64,000 nucleotides of DNA from Camelus dromedarius (Eukaryota): the NCBI RefSeq assembly GCF_036321535.1, contig NC_087436.1:76448001-76512000 (forward strand). The letters run 5' to 3'. Both the position numbers and the translations under genes were made by a program. Shown here in pieces: positions 25,301-37,040 of the stretch (the stretch's first letter is position 1; each line of letters begins with the position of its first letter). The notes beneath the pieces are model-generated. The model had not been told where the DNA came from. It ran no database searches and saw only the letters and a program-made list of their open reading frames with translations.

Positions 25301-26333
25301 GCTCTGGTCTACCATTCCTGTCTTATGAGGAAAGGGCAATCAAGGCTAAGTTGCGTTTGTGGCATGTGGTTTGAAGGAATTTCACAGTCAGGAAAGTATT
25401 GTTCTACACAGGAAATATCTGACATGTCCTGTCTGCATTCATCTCACCATTGGGTTTTGAAGGCTATGGTGTAAGCTGCCATGAGAATTGGATCAAAAGC
25501 ATTAGTAGCCAATATGTTCAATTTCTTGCCTTCTCCACCCCCAGGCTTCCCACAGCACATTTTCCTAATTTGCCACGTCAAGTTCTGAGTGACCAGAGTG
25601 GTACAAATGCTCTTCCCTCTGCTTTGATAAGAAAGCCATGTGTGATAATGTGGGGATAGTCTACAGATACTAGGGAACCTGGACTTCGCTCATCCTGCCT
25701 GACCCTTTGTTCCTTGACTGATTTTATATATGTTCTCCAAAGAGTATTTTCCATTCGATTTAATGCTATTTCCCATTCTGTTTGATGATACAAAACCAGG
25801 AAGTAGCCACTTCTACTTCCCTGATTTTGAAGTCCACCCACTAGGCAACATCACCACTCTTTCCCTGCTGTCTGGACTTCGGAGGAGCAATGATATTATA
25901 TACTTGGACTGACGAAGGAGTAAGTGACCAAGGTCATTTCCAGGACCATGATTAGTCCTATAGAAACAACAAATATGAGCTACATAACAAAACATGTTGG
26001 AATTCCCAGGATGAAGACTGTGCCTTCAAATAGAGATCCTGCTATCAAACCCAAAGGAAGACACATTATTTCTTTCATCTCTGTCTGGGCAATTGTAACA
26101 TCTCTGCCAACCTGTTTACTTGGCATATGTCCTGGGGTGAATCTCACCTCACAGGCTGCCTTAATATTTTTCCTTAGGAGTTTAGCTTGCTTTAAGTAGT
26201 ATGAAATGATCCTACTTAATCTCAATCCTTGGGGCAGTTACTCTTTGCTGGGATCAGTGCAGATTCCATTGCAATTATCAGACTGAATATCTATCAGGCA
26301 AAAAATACTGTGTCAGAAATGAATAAATAAGAT

Positions 26334-26482
26334 GGAGAGGGTATAGCTCAATGGTAGAGTGAGTGTTTAGCATGCACAGGGTCCTGGGTTCAAGCCCCAG
26401 TACCTTCATTAAAAAAACTAAATGAATAAATAAACCTAATTACCCTCCAAAAAAACCCCCCAAAGAACAAATAAAACAAACC
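26334..26482 (+). mobile_element. Second Vic-1-like tRNA-Ala-derived SINE (more diverged)
   Basis: ggagagggtatagctcaatggtagagtgagtgtttagcatgcacagggtcctgggttcaagccccagtacc...aataaataaacctaattacc then A-rich tail. Confidence 0.88.
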
Positions 26483-28219
26483 TTCCATTTAAAAACAACT
26501 AATAGGGCATTTAATAAAGTATGTCCAACTTGATTACATGTTAAATAATTTAATGATATTAAACAGTGATTCTAGATGTCTTATTAAAAGTACAACCATG
26601 AATTGCCAAAAGGATAAAGAGATGATTTATCATGAGTCTACATCAATATATTTCCCTTCCTCTACATCAGGAGGATGTAGCCTTTACAGCAGGAGGCTAT
26701 TTTAGGGGGCAGGGAAGAAGCACCTGATGTAGAACTAGAAGCTATAATATATATATATATACATATATATATTTTTTTTTTTTTTAAAAGACTATAATTG
26801 GTATTCAGTCAATTTAAGAATTCTACATAGGCAGAATAAAACTGGTAGTCATATAAGTAAAGAATAATATAGATTCCTTTGGTACAAATACTCTTTATTT
26901 TCCATGAAAGTATCTCTGCAGTAACAAAGGCTATTATTATGCTAATAGTGCTAGTATCCTGGTTACATACATATTTTCTACCTCAACTATTTGCGTTTCA
27001 TTGTTCTCTACACTACTCAGTTGCTTTTTGGTGCTTTCTTATCAAAATCAGCATTCTTGGAGGCCCCACTATAAAGTATGCCCCTTGCCCTCAAAGATCT
27101 TACAGTCTATTTGGGCAAGAATTACTTCGGCGACCCCTGAGAGAGGCCCGCTGAACACCTGTTATACAGGATTCTCTGGGGAAGGAAAGCACAGAGGCTC
27201 TGGTCTTCAGCAGCTCATGTACTATTCTTACTTTTTCAAACAATTTCACATATTTCATTTTTAATTTGTTTTAGAATTCCTATGATATAAGCGGGATAAA
27301 TATGTTAAGAGAGAAACCGATATCCATCATAACATTTAAAACATCAAGGTTTACAACTAAATAGCAGAAAATGAAATATTAAAAACCAAAAGGAGATTTC
27401 CTCACTGGGCTAGAAAATTTTCCACTCTTTTTTTCTTATCTCTCATTAGTGATAAAAATTTCCCTGGGTAGAGTCCTAAGTACATAAAAAAGTTTTGTTT
27501 TGAATATGCATACACCGAAATGTATAAAAACCTCATGTGTGGAAGGCTAAAGAGCAAGCCGCTCCAAGCAGCCACGTCCCTACGCCCAGTAACCAATCAG
27601 TCTAGGTGTACCAAAGTTATTTTTAGGGTAGACACTTAAGTGTGTCCCATTTTTATGGGAGAGTCATAACAGAAGTCTGAAAGTCTTAATCTTTGAAATG
27701 ATGTAATAAAATGCAATGATTGATTTACCCAAGATCATTCTTTCATGGTTTTTTAAAACTGTTCGGTAGACCCAGAAATAGTTTTGCTGAATTTCCCAGT
27801 GGACCTAACGAGTGTGTGCTTAAGACATCAACAAAGCAGAGGCAGCAGGAAAAAAAAAATTGTTTTTAAAGATTTTAATATTTCAGCAAAGAAAAGTTAG
27901 AAGCTTATGGGGGAGAAGCAGAGTTCTGAGAAGCCTCTTCACACTTATTTAATATTCATTTTTTAATTAACTGTTTTGTGGTGGGGAGTGCTCCTAGGTC
28001 TCTTCCATCCTTATGCTTTTCTGAAGGTCCTAATAGAGCCCTGGGGAACGTGGCTCCATTAGGCTTAGGGAAGGCGTCAGGCACCAAGAGGAGTCCAGGA
28101 ATGCTCAGACATGTGCAGAACTAGAGAAGTGAGACTCAGAAGCAGGGCAAGATCATGGTAAACAGACATGGACCAGAATGCTTATATATGAGAGGACTCT
28201 GCCAAGACCAGTCTCTTTT

Positions 28220-28402
28220 TCAGTCCCAACTTTACTGACTACTAGTTCTGTGACTTTGGGAAGCGTACTTAATGCCCATCAGTCAAATGCCTCATCTGTA
28301 AAATGGAAAATAACTTAGAGGGTCACATTATGAATTAAATAAAATTATGTATATAAAGCGAGTCACTCCTGTGCATAGTAAATACTCAGTACTGCATAGC
28401 TA
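28220..28402 (+). mobile_element. MIR SINE
   Basis: tactagttctgtgactttgggaag...cctcatctgtaaaatgg...tgtatataaagcg...catagtaaatactcagta. Confidence 0.8.
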
Positions 28403-29139
28403 TGAAGTTTATCACTACTAAGGCCTTCCAGATGCTATCCCCACACTCTGGATGCCCAGAAGACAGGGTCTTCTGTTATTTGAAAGGTTATTAATATTTG
28501 AAATAAACCCCCTCCTGAGTTGGAGCAGAAAAATCACAAATAAATCATCTTCTATCAGCAATAGTTTCTTAGTTGGAATTATGCTACCTCACCATTTGCT
28601 TATTTATGTGTAAATACTTAACTAGTGTTCATATGCCACCATCATTTTCACATAGGCAGCTGTTTTGTATCCATGGAGTGGGGTACATAAATCATTATTA
28701 AAGAATATGAAACCCAGAAATAACACTTAATCCTTACTTTAGTTCATCATTTTAATCTCATCCTCCCAGTCATATGTTCTGGAGGATATAGCTTGGTTTC
28801 TGCCCTCACTGAGTTTATGTCAGAGCTAATTAATAATCCATACATCAAACTTTACCTTAGTCACAAACAGCATAGTTTGCAGGTTTCCTAAAGACAGTAT
28901 TTTAAAAAAGCACCCGCTGGAAAAATTATACTTTGGGGTTCGACTTTCTAATGATTTTTGCAATTTGTATTTCCAAAATGTAGGAAACTTAACACAGTTT
29001 CAAAGATTCCCCTCTTTTTTTTCCTTCAGAAATCTTTTCTGGCAGTTACAAGTTCAGAATGCTTTTGTGCATTCCAAGCAGTCTTGCCCAGATTCTGCCA
29101 CCTGTTCCATCATTCTGGGTATATTTAGGGTATAGTTCT

Positions 29140-29345
29140 TTTCCATATGGGCAGTGTAATTCCATTAAGTAGCAATCCAGCACAGTTAAACTTTTTTTTT
29201 TTAACGTTAAACCTCGAGAGTTAATCGTCCATCTGTGTGTAATCATCAATTCCATTAAGCCTTATGGCCTTGTCAGATTATCAAATATTTTAAACAGTAT
29301 TCCTTTCTTCACAGGAAATGCATTTGATAATTAAGGGCACAATGC
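29140..29345. promoter_or_regulatory. Candidate developmental enhancer
   Basis: P3 site TAATTCCATTA, duplicated aattccattaag, CATATG and CATCTG E-boxes, TTATGG next to TGTCA, TAATTA. Confidence 0.4.
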
Positions 29346-30224
29346 AATCTAAGTTTTTTAGTCTGACTCCAAGCACCCACGGTGGCTTACGTTAATCCTG
29401 GGTCAGACTTCACTAGACTCCACTAGAGCACTGAGCTTTGACTATGACAGTAAGAGTCTCAGTGACACATACTGATTTAGTTCAGTCAGATTTCTGTGAT
29501 GTTCAGGAAGCAAAGACAAATCAAACGTTTCACTGAGTTTGTGTTTACCTGCAAGGCCTATCTTTGCATTTCTGGTCACACTATCGGGTCGTGGTGGGTA
29601 TTGATGAGAACCATCCCCTGGCATAGGCGGTGAGTGGAACAAACCTTGAGCTTTCTCTGGCTTGTTTTTATAGGTTTCTGCTGACTTTTTTTTTTCTGTC
29701 AGAGACTAGATTTTCAAAATCTGAACTTTCACTGGGGAACTTTATATAAGGTTATAGTGAGGGCTGATTCTCAACAAATGGAATCTGAAGTTTGATTTTT
29801 TTAATAAAATGGAAAAGACAATAATTGTCCACAAAATGTTACCTACTTTCAATATTTTTGTCCTTATTTTGTTACTCAAGCATGCATGAGAATGAGTCAA
29901 GTGAACAGAGGTGGAGAAAATTAAAATTAAGAATTCCACACTGTGGGTCACAAAGTACAATGATGATGGTTGACAGGGATCTCAAGACTGTTATTTTCTC
30001 ACTCCCTTGGCATAGAACCCTCCGAAGATATTTGCTGAAGAAATTGAATACAGCACATATAATCATCAAATCGCAAATCTTCCATTAAAATAATACATTT
30101 AAAGCACTGCACCTAGGCCACTGGAGACATAACTTATTATATAGTTGACTGACTGTAAGTTTTTTTTAAATCAAGAAATAGAAAATTCTGTTGTCTTCCA
30201 CAGTCTAAATCTTAGAGACTGTCT

Positions 30225-30686
30225 AGTTCTGTGTTCTGTTTCATTTATTTTATTTCTACGTGAAAATTGAATTGTTTCTGGTTTTGGTCTACCCAAACCC
30301 AGGTAATCTACTTTATATTAGATTGTATATTTTATTTCCGAAAATAACACAAAGACTTTCGCATGGTTCTGAGGGTGTCTGGACCCAGGCAGAGCAGGCT
30401 GGGTATGGTCTGCTGGCTGGGGAACCGGGCACGCAGAGGGAGAATCTTGGCCTTTGTGGAACAGCAGGTCTGGCCCGCCTAGTCCACTGCACAGCCAACT
30501 TAGAACCCCTTCCGGAGCAAATCTGGCCCAGAAGGCTGCACATATTTTTGCCTGGATAGACCCCTTCATGTTCAACAGGAGCCTCTGCCGCGATGATGAG
30601 GTCCTCCATATTGCTCACACAACGCGACAGGATGGGACAGGAAATCTGGCTCTTTAACCCTCTGGCTGCTGCGCATGACTGTTTGG
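30225..30686 (-). other. Candidate terminal exon or CpG-enriched regulatory island
   Basis: Minus-strand acceptor tttttctgctttgctAG, TACTAAT branch-point-like motif, GC/CpG-enriched body, downstream AATAAA motifs. Confidence 0.3.
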
Positions 30687-31819
30687 CTAGCAAAGCAGAA
30701 AAATGTCGACAGCCTAAGGTTTAAATGATTAGTAACAGGTTTTTGAGTGATTTTCCCAGAATGTGCTAGTATAAATAGAGGACTGTGAAAGTGTGGTTTG
30801 AGGGATTTTTTTCTTCTTTTTGGTATTGTGATTTGTTTGTTTCCATTTCTTTTCCTGACACGTTCTCTTTTATGAGTGTATACACCCAAGCCCAATACCC
30901 AAATGCAGACTGAAAGGGGAGCGCCCACCTCCAAGGGCTTCCCAATCAGGGTCGGGAAAGACTACTGGAACATTGTTGTTTACTGCAAGATTTGAGGACT
31001 TTTCCTTTTTTTAATGAGTATTAGGCCACTTACTAAAAACATGGTATTTTACTTAAGAAGCAATGTTCTGCTTTCCTTTTTAAATTTTCTTTTCCATATT
31101 TGTTTTTGTTGCCTTTTTAAAAAGATGACACTGACAAGTAAATGCATGTCCAGGTGTCTCATTATGAGTGACTTGCACATTGTAATGAAAGGGTTAAAAA
31201 TGGCATGTAATCAGTAGAACTGTCATCAACTAATGCAAAGCTTTGAGCTTAGCCTATTGAAATAAATCAAATTATCTCAACTCAAGCTAACAGAGATATC
31301 TTAAAATGGATCATGACAACCTTCTGTTGGAAATACAGTTCTGTTCAGTAATAAAACAGTTTTTGAAATACACTGTATTGTTTTAAATATGTGTGAATGA
31401 GCCAGCCATTAGCTGCTACTTCTGTTGTTACGGATGGAAGACAGAAAGCACGCCTTGTCGTGGCTTAGTATGTATGTTTTGGTGAAAAACAAGCTATTCT
31501 ACTTTTTAGCATGAAAGAAAAATGAAGTATCAAAATATGGGAAACCTCTAGGACTTATATAAGTGAATGAAAGAGACCAACAAGCCTCTAACTCATATTT
31601 ATCAACTATTCATTTCTACCTGGCATATTGTTTGTTCAATCTCCATAATTCTGCTACAGTAAAAAGTACCACATTTACACAGTAAAGAACAAGAGAAAAT
31701 CGTGCTTTCTTTCAACATAGGCAGAGGTGCCGTCTCTCCCAACTTAAAAAGGAACCCTCTTTCTAGCTGTGTTTACATATAAGAGATCCAATTTCCCACT
31801 TCCCTTTATAGATAATCTT

Positions 31820-33650
31820 TTTGAAAGATAAATCCAGTTCACTGACTTTACTTTCTCATGCCTATTCAATCTGTCTTGCACCCTCCACTCTTCTGAAACG
31901 ATTCATACTAAAGTCCTCTGAAACCTTTAGATTGCTAAATCAGACAGACATGGTGATATGTCTTGTCCTATTTAATGTGACCTCGCCTCTCCCCATTCCG
32001 TTATTCTTGACACTAGCGTTACTTTCTTGGCTTCTGTTATACTGCTCTCTTCTTGGTCTCTTAATTGCTCTTTCCCAGGTTTCTTTATGGGATTCCTTCC
32101 CTCCACCTACCTTTTAATTTTCATGCTCTTCCTGATTATACTGCCTTGGTCTTTTTCTCTTCCCACTTACTATGCTCTGATCTGAGCTATGGCACTCACT
32201 CTCCCTGTGAATTACGATTCTCTTCATGAAAACTCCTGAATTAGTTAAGACTCTTTTGGATACAAATCACAGAAATATAATATAAACAAGCATAAAGCAT
32301 AAAACTCCAAATGCATTGACTCATATGACTAAAACATGCAGGGGAAGGTTAGAAGCTTGGCTGGATCCAGTGGTTCAAAAATATCAGCGGACCTCTGCCC
32401 TTCTTAATCTGTTAGCTTTCTCCCCCTCTCTGTCGGCTTCATTTGCAGACTTTACCTGTATGGGGACGAAGACGGCCATTAGTTACTCTGACCTGCTTGT
32501 TCTTACAGCTAATAATCCTGCTGAAAAGACCGTCAGTCCCTCTTTCCCCGCATCATTACCAGTATGTAGTTTTGTTTTCTGGTTGGCTTGGCTTGCGTCT
32601 TGTACTCTCAGCCCTGAGAGGGGAGGCAAGGCCGTTGATTGATAGTCAAGCCAGAATCAGTAAAGTAGGAAAGGAGTATGTTCACCAAAGGAAGTAAAGA
32701 GCAGATTTAAGCAAACAAGCAAACAGAAAACCTCTGTTTGAACTCCCAAGTCTGTATCTTTATTCTATATCACTCTTCTAAGATCTAGACCAATGTATTT
32801 ATCTTCATGAATACAGATATTTCAAAATCACATACCCAAAACTTAAATCAGGATTCCTTATACTCCTGACCCCCAAATGTGTTTCTTTTATTGTTTTCAG
32901 TAGTGCAACTGTGACCTAAAAAAATCATCCAAAGCAGAAACATAGAAAATTTTAAATTTCTGCTTATTAGTTCTATCTTATAAAAACCCATGAAATATAT
33001 TTATATTTGTGTTTTCTTCTCCAAATTTATTGCTACTACATTATTTCAGAAATATATTATCTTAAAAGACTCTCCTAACCGGATATACTTACCTTTAGTC
33101 TATTTTCCATACATCATTATCTTTCTAATACACAAATATAGTAAATACAGTTTTTATTTTATTTCACTTACCTGCTTTAAGCCAGCTCGTCCACTGGATG
33201 AGTTTTTCTCCAAACTTGTTCCCTCTCACTTCATACTCAAATCCAAAACTTAAGCCAAAATGAGCTAGAGTTTTCCAAATGTATCATTCTATTCTTGCTT
33301 GACTATCTTTGAACACAGAATTCCTTTGTCCTAGAATAACCTTCCTCTCCTATCTTTTTAAACTTATCTCACAAAATCTATTTTAACTACCTTCAAGCCT
33401 AGTTGAAAATTTTCCCTTTTCGACCGTGAGCCTTTTCTGCGATTCTATTATATGCTTATCAAATCGTATGTTTACATTATTAGACTCTCTCAAGACTGAG
33501 CACCCGAGGGAGGAATATGCTTTATTAGAGTTATTGTTCTTCTTAAGGGTTTGCTGAATTTTACCCAAGGCTAGTCACTGTGTCTGGAAGAGTGTGTGAA
33601 AACAAATTTGTATTGAATGAATGCATGCAAGCATGAGTGAATGAATGTGA
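31820..33650 (+). mobile_element. Decayed L2 interrupted by a MaLR LTR
   Basis: Pyrimidine-rich L2 ORF2/3' text on both sides of 32239-32720; ends with ttgaatgaatgcatg...gaatgaatg, typical of L2 tails. Confidence 0.55.
32239..32720 (-). mobile_element. MaLR LTR (MLT1J/K-like)
   Basis: aattagttaagactcttttggatacaaatcacagaaa...ggctggatccagtggttcaaa...ctggttggcttggcttgcgtc. Confidence 0.6.
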
Positions 33651-34489
33651 TGGTAAATTTCAGTACTCTGAGATGATGAAGACAATGAGTACTACCCAAA
33701 ACTAATGAGGGATTTCATTTTTAGACACAATTTAAAAGAAAAGCTTTAATTTCTGGTATTAATAATTCTAGCAATATTCATAGTTTAGAATTTATACACA
33801 TGTTTCAAGCACTTTCACGTCAAAAGCACCATTGTTCTTTGCACTGGAGGTCAAAACAGTTATCATTGCCATTGGTGCCACAGGGCTTATCTGATGGAGA
33901 AACTGAGGAGTAGGGTGACTGTGTGTCCATCCCAAGTTCAAGGAGAGTGTTTGTAGTAGAACAGGATCAAAGATATTTCTGTTCCCCGAGTCGTTTAAAA
34001 GCGTAAATGAGAACTGATCTCTAGGATCAACAGAGGAGGCCAGAACATCCTATTTTAATCAATTATAAAAGTTCTCCTTCTCCAATCAAAGAAAGGTATT
34101 AGTGAAATGAATGAGAGTAATTAAATCTAATTTAGTCATGCAAATGAGTTTAATTAAAAGAAATCTACCCTTTAATAACTTCAGGGGAAAATGCAGTTCC
34201 TTATGGAGTTTGAAATGTAGTTAAGCTCACAAGACACAATAGCTGAACTGATGAGACCACACTGTTGTAATCTGCTTGTGTAAATATTGACACATGTAGC
34301 ATTTAGTTTGTCTCACAGTGATAATACTTGCTCTAGGCTTCTGATGAAATCTGGCATTTATAATTATTAAAAGATGCTTGTTAAAAATGCTCTTATCCAT
34401 CATGTTAATTCTATGAGTAAGATTGCTAATCTAGTGACCGCCAGAAAAAAAATCTCTCTTCCTAAACTAGAGTTTAAGAAAATAATATA

Positions 34490-35330
34490 AATTCAACACT
34501 TACTGAGCCTCCACTCTGTAGAAAGCATTGAGTCAAATAAAAAACAGGGTAGCATGAGACAAAGAGAATCAGGAAGGTCACTGTCCTGAGGATGCTTACA
34601 GTCTATTACCTGTAATGCCTTCTGTCTGTAATATTTACAGACAGAGTTGTTCAGAATGAAAATGCAAAACCTGTATGCCAAAAGAGAGGATTAAACAAAA
34701 TCCCGTGGGAGAACATAAAAGGGAACACCTACTTGGAATGACTGGGAAGAAGCAGGAAATTCTTCACTAACAAAGGGGAATCAGAGCTGCCTTGAGAAAT
34801 AGATGAGATTGTGACAGCAAGAAATATCGTGAGGAGAGATATGGAGTCATGAAACAGGAATGTTACAGAACAAGATCCAAAAGAAGACAACATCGATGCT
34901 TTGTTTGGAGCTTTATTAGTCTTGTGGGCTTAAATCACAGTCTACACAACAAAAATTTGAATGAGGTCTCACAGCTAGCTAGACGCCAGACTAGGGGAGA
35001 CTGTGAATGACATTCTTAGTTTCAGGATGCTTATCTGCAGATAATACAGAAGTGGCAAAGGTTTTTGAACAAAGGAGTGGCATATCTACATTTGTCATTT
35101 ATAATGAAAACTCTGATTAAGGGTGAAGAATTTATAATCGAGAAAGAATAAACAGAGAGACTGTAGGAGTTTGTTGAATAATCTGAATGAGATAAGAAGC
35201 TGTGGTTTAGGGCAGTGGAATACAAAAGAGGGAACAGAGTCCCAAGGCTTTATCAGCCTATGAATTTTAACATGGGCATCAGGGTGGACAGTGATGCTCA
35301 CAACTAAGTTAGGGAGCCCAGAAAGGGAGG
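34490..35330 (-). mobile_element. L2 fragments (antisense)
   Basis: attcaacacttactgagcctccactctgt...ggtcactgtcctgaggatgcttacagtcta...gagtcccaaggcttt. Confidence 0.55.
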
Positions 35331-35349
35331 GAAGAGAGACTTAATGGAG

Positions 35350-36190
35350 CCCACCCACTCCTCTGTATATAAAATGCAGCTCCCTGCCTCTTCCAACCCT
35401 CTGTCTCTATTCTACTTTTTCTTTTTTCCATGCTTCTATCATTCTATATAATTTACTTCTTTCTCAGATATATTGCTTTCTTCTTAAATATACATATGCT
35501 TCATGAGGGGTTTTTGCTCTGTTGTTCACTAATGAATCTTAAAAGTCTATCTTAGAGAAAATGTATCAATGTCTAATTCATGGTAGAATCTGGCACAGAC
35601 TAGATGCTTGAAAAGTATTTGCTGAATGAACAGTGAAAAATTATAATTTTGAAATCATGAAGTAAAACCCTAAAATTGAAAAACATATCTTGCAAGACCC
35701 TGAACCATCTGCCTCTGTTTGCTTCTGTTTTCTCTTCTTTTACTGTTCCTCCATGGCATCCCATATTCCAATTATACTGAACTTGGTCTAGCTCTATTAA
35801 TGTCTCATGTTGTTGAATTATGTCCAAAGATAATCACAATTATCCAGGTCTTTATACACATTTTTCCTTCCTTAGGACTCTCCAGCCTGCTCTTCCTTCA
35901 CTCCCTCTGCATTGCCAACTCCTCCCCATCCTTCAGAGATCAACACTTTCTCTAGAAAGCCTCTCCTGATTGACCAGATCTGGTGTGGATACTTATGATC
36001 TATCCTTCCACAACATCCCATATCTTCTGTCAGAGCAACTTTCACATTGCATTATCATTAATTGCCTGGGACTTGTCTACTTCCCCGTCGAACTATATTC
36101 ATGAAGGAATATATCAATATATTTCACCAATGTTTCCCTTCACATAGCACAGGACCTGGCATACTTGGGCATTTAAGTACATTTGTGTTC
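35350..36190 (+). mobile_element. Two L2 3' end fragments
   Basis: tggcacagactagatgcttgaaaagtatttgctgaatgaa; tagcacaggacctggcatacttgggcatttaagtacatttg. Confidence 0.55.
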
Positions 36191-36441
36191 AAAGAAAAAA
36201 CACTGAGTTTCAGACTTCACAAGTAAACTGCAAAAATTTTAACAGAGAGAGAAAAGAAATTCACAAAACACTAATGTGGAGGTATTCTTAATTAGAAGAG
36301 AAGAAAATTGATTCATATATGATTATACTATGGTCTCATTTAAGCAAAACATGGGGCTACTCACAGGGACAAGGATGGAAGAGTTTGGGTTTGAGAGTAA
36401 ATTAAAAATAGATAATACTTGGAATAATTATCTAAGGAAAC

Positions 36442-36498
36442 TAGATAGATAGATAGATAGCAAGAATGACCTAACTAACTAACTAACTAACTAACTAA
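36442..36498. repeat. Compound tetranucleotide microsatellite (TAGA)n + (CTAA)7
   Basis: tagatagatagatagatag at 36442-36460; ctaa x7 at 36471-36498. Confidence 0.95.
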
Positions 36499-36771
36499 AT
36501 TTCCCGATTGGAATCAAAGGGCGTGGGTAAGGGTGAAAGTTTCTTATTTGCAATGAAACTGTCCTCTGATTTATAAGACAATTTAACATGGAAAATATTA
36601 CAGATAAGTATTTTTACAAGGCAATAATTAAAGTTAAAAATTGATTTCATTCTTTTAAGGAAGAGACGCACAATTTTTTGTGATGCAGAGTCAGAAGATC
36701 TGGGGTCTATAGCAGGGTTATGGGCTGTTTAGGGTGATACTCTGGTTACTGACTTTGGTAGAAAGAGGCTT

Positions 36772-37040
36772 ACCTGAAGCCATCGCTTACAGCTGCGCTG
36801 GTTATGCCTTGCACAATGACTCCGTGCAGGGAGTGAGTGGGGGCTGCAACACAGCTGATACTCTGCTTGCCAAGCCAAATGCTTGATATGGCCTTGCTGA
36901 GAACAAGGGGCAGATTTTTCTTACTTTCACCAAGGCTTTGACTGCTTGCTAAGCTGTGCAGCCACAGGGCTGCCTTCCCCTAGAGAGGAGGTCTTTTTCT
37001 CGTTCTCCCAAAGGTGCAATATGGACCAGCAGCAACCCTC
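36772..37040 (+). mobile_element. hAT-Tip100 MITE remnant (MER91-like)
   Basis: Ends ctttttctcgttctcccaaaggtgcaatatggaccagcagcaaccct, resembling the MER91A terminus; start has gctggttatgccttgcacaa. Confidence 0.5.

Noticed and set aside
24911..25339. 142 aa minus-strand ORF
   Set aside because: His/Thr-rich because it reads through a (CA/TG)-like low-complexity tract; no homology recognised.
29556..29629. Plus-strand exon ending at GCG|GTGAGT
   Set aside because: Good donor but weak AAG acceptor and poor pyrimidine tract; peptide unrecognised.
30920..30940. CTCF site (agcgcccacctccaagggc)
   Set aside because: An extra base breaks the CCASYAGRKGGCRS spacing.
34248..34350. Hammerhead ribozyme or C/D snoRNA (CTGATGA ... 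CTGA)
   Set aside because: No stem II followed by GAAA for a hammerhead; the C box is non-canonical and there is no terminal stem for a snoRNA. Short internal stems exist but are unconvincing. An Infernal/Rfam scan would settle it.
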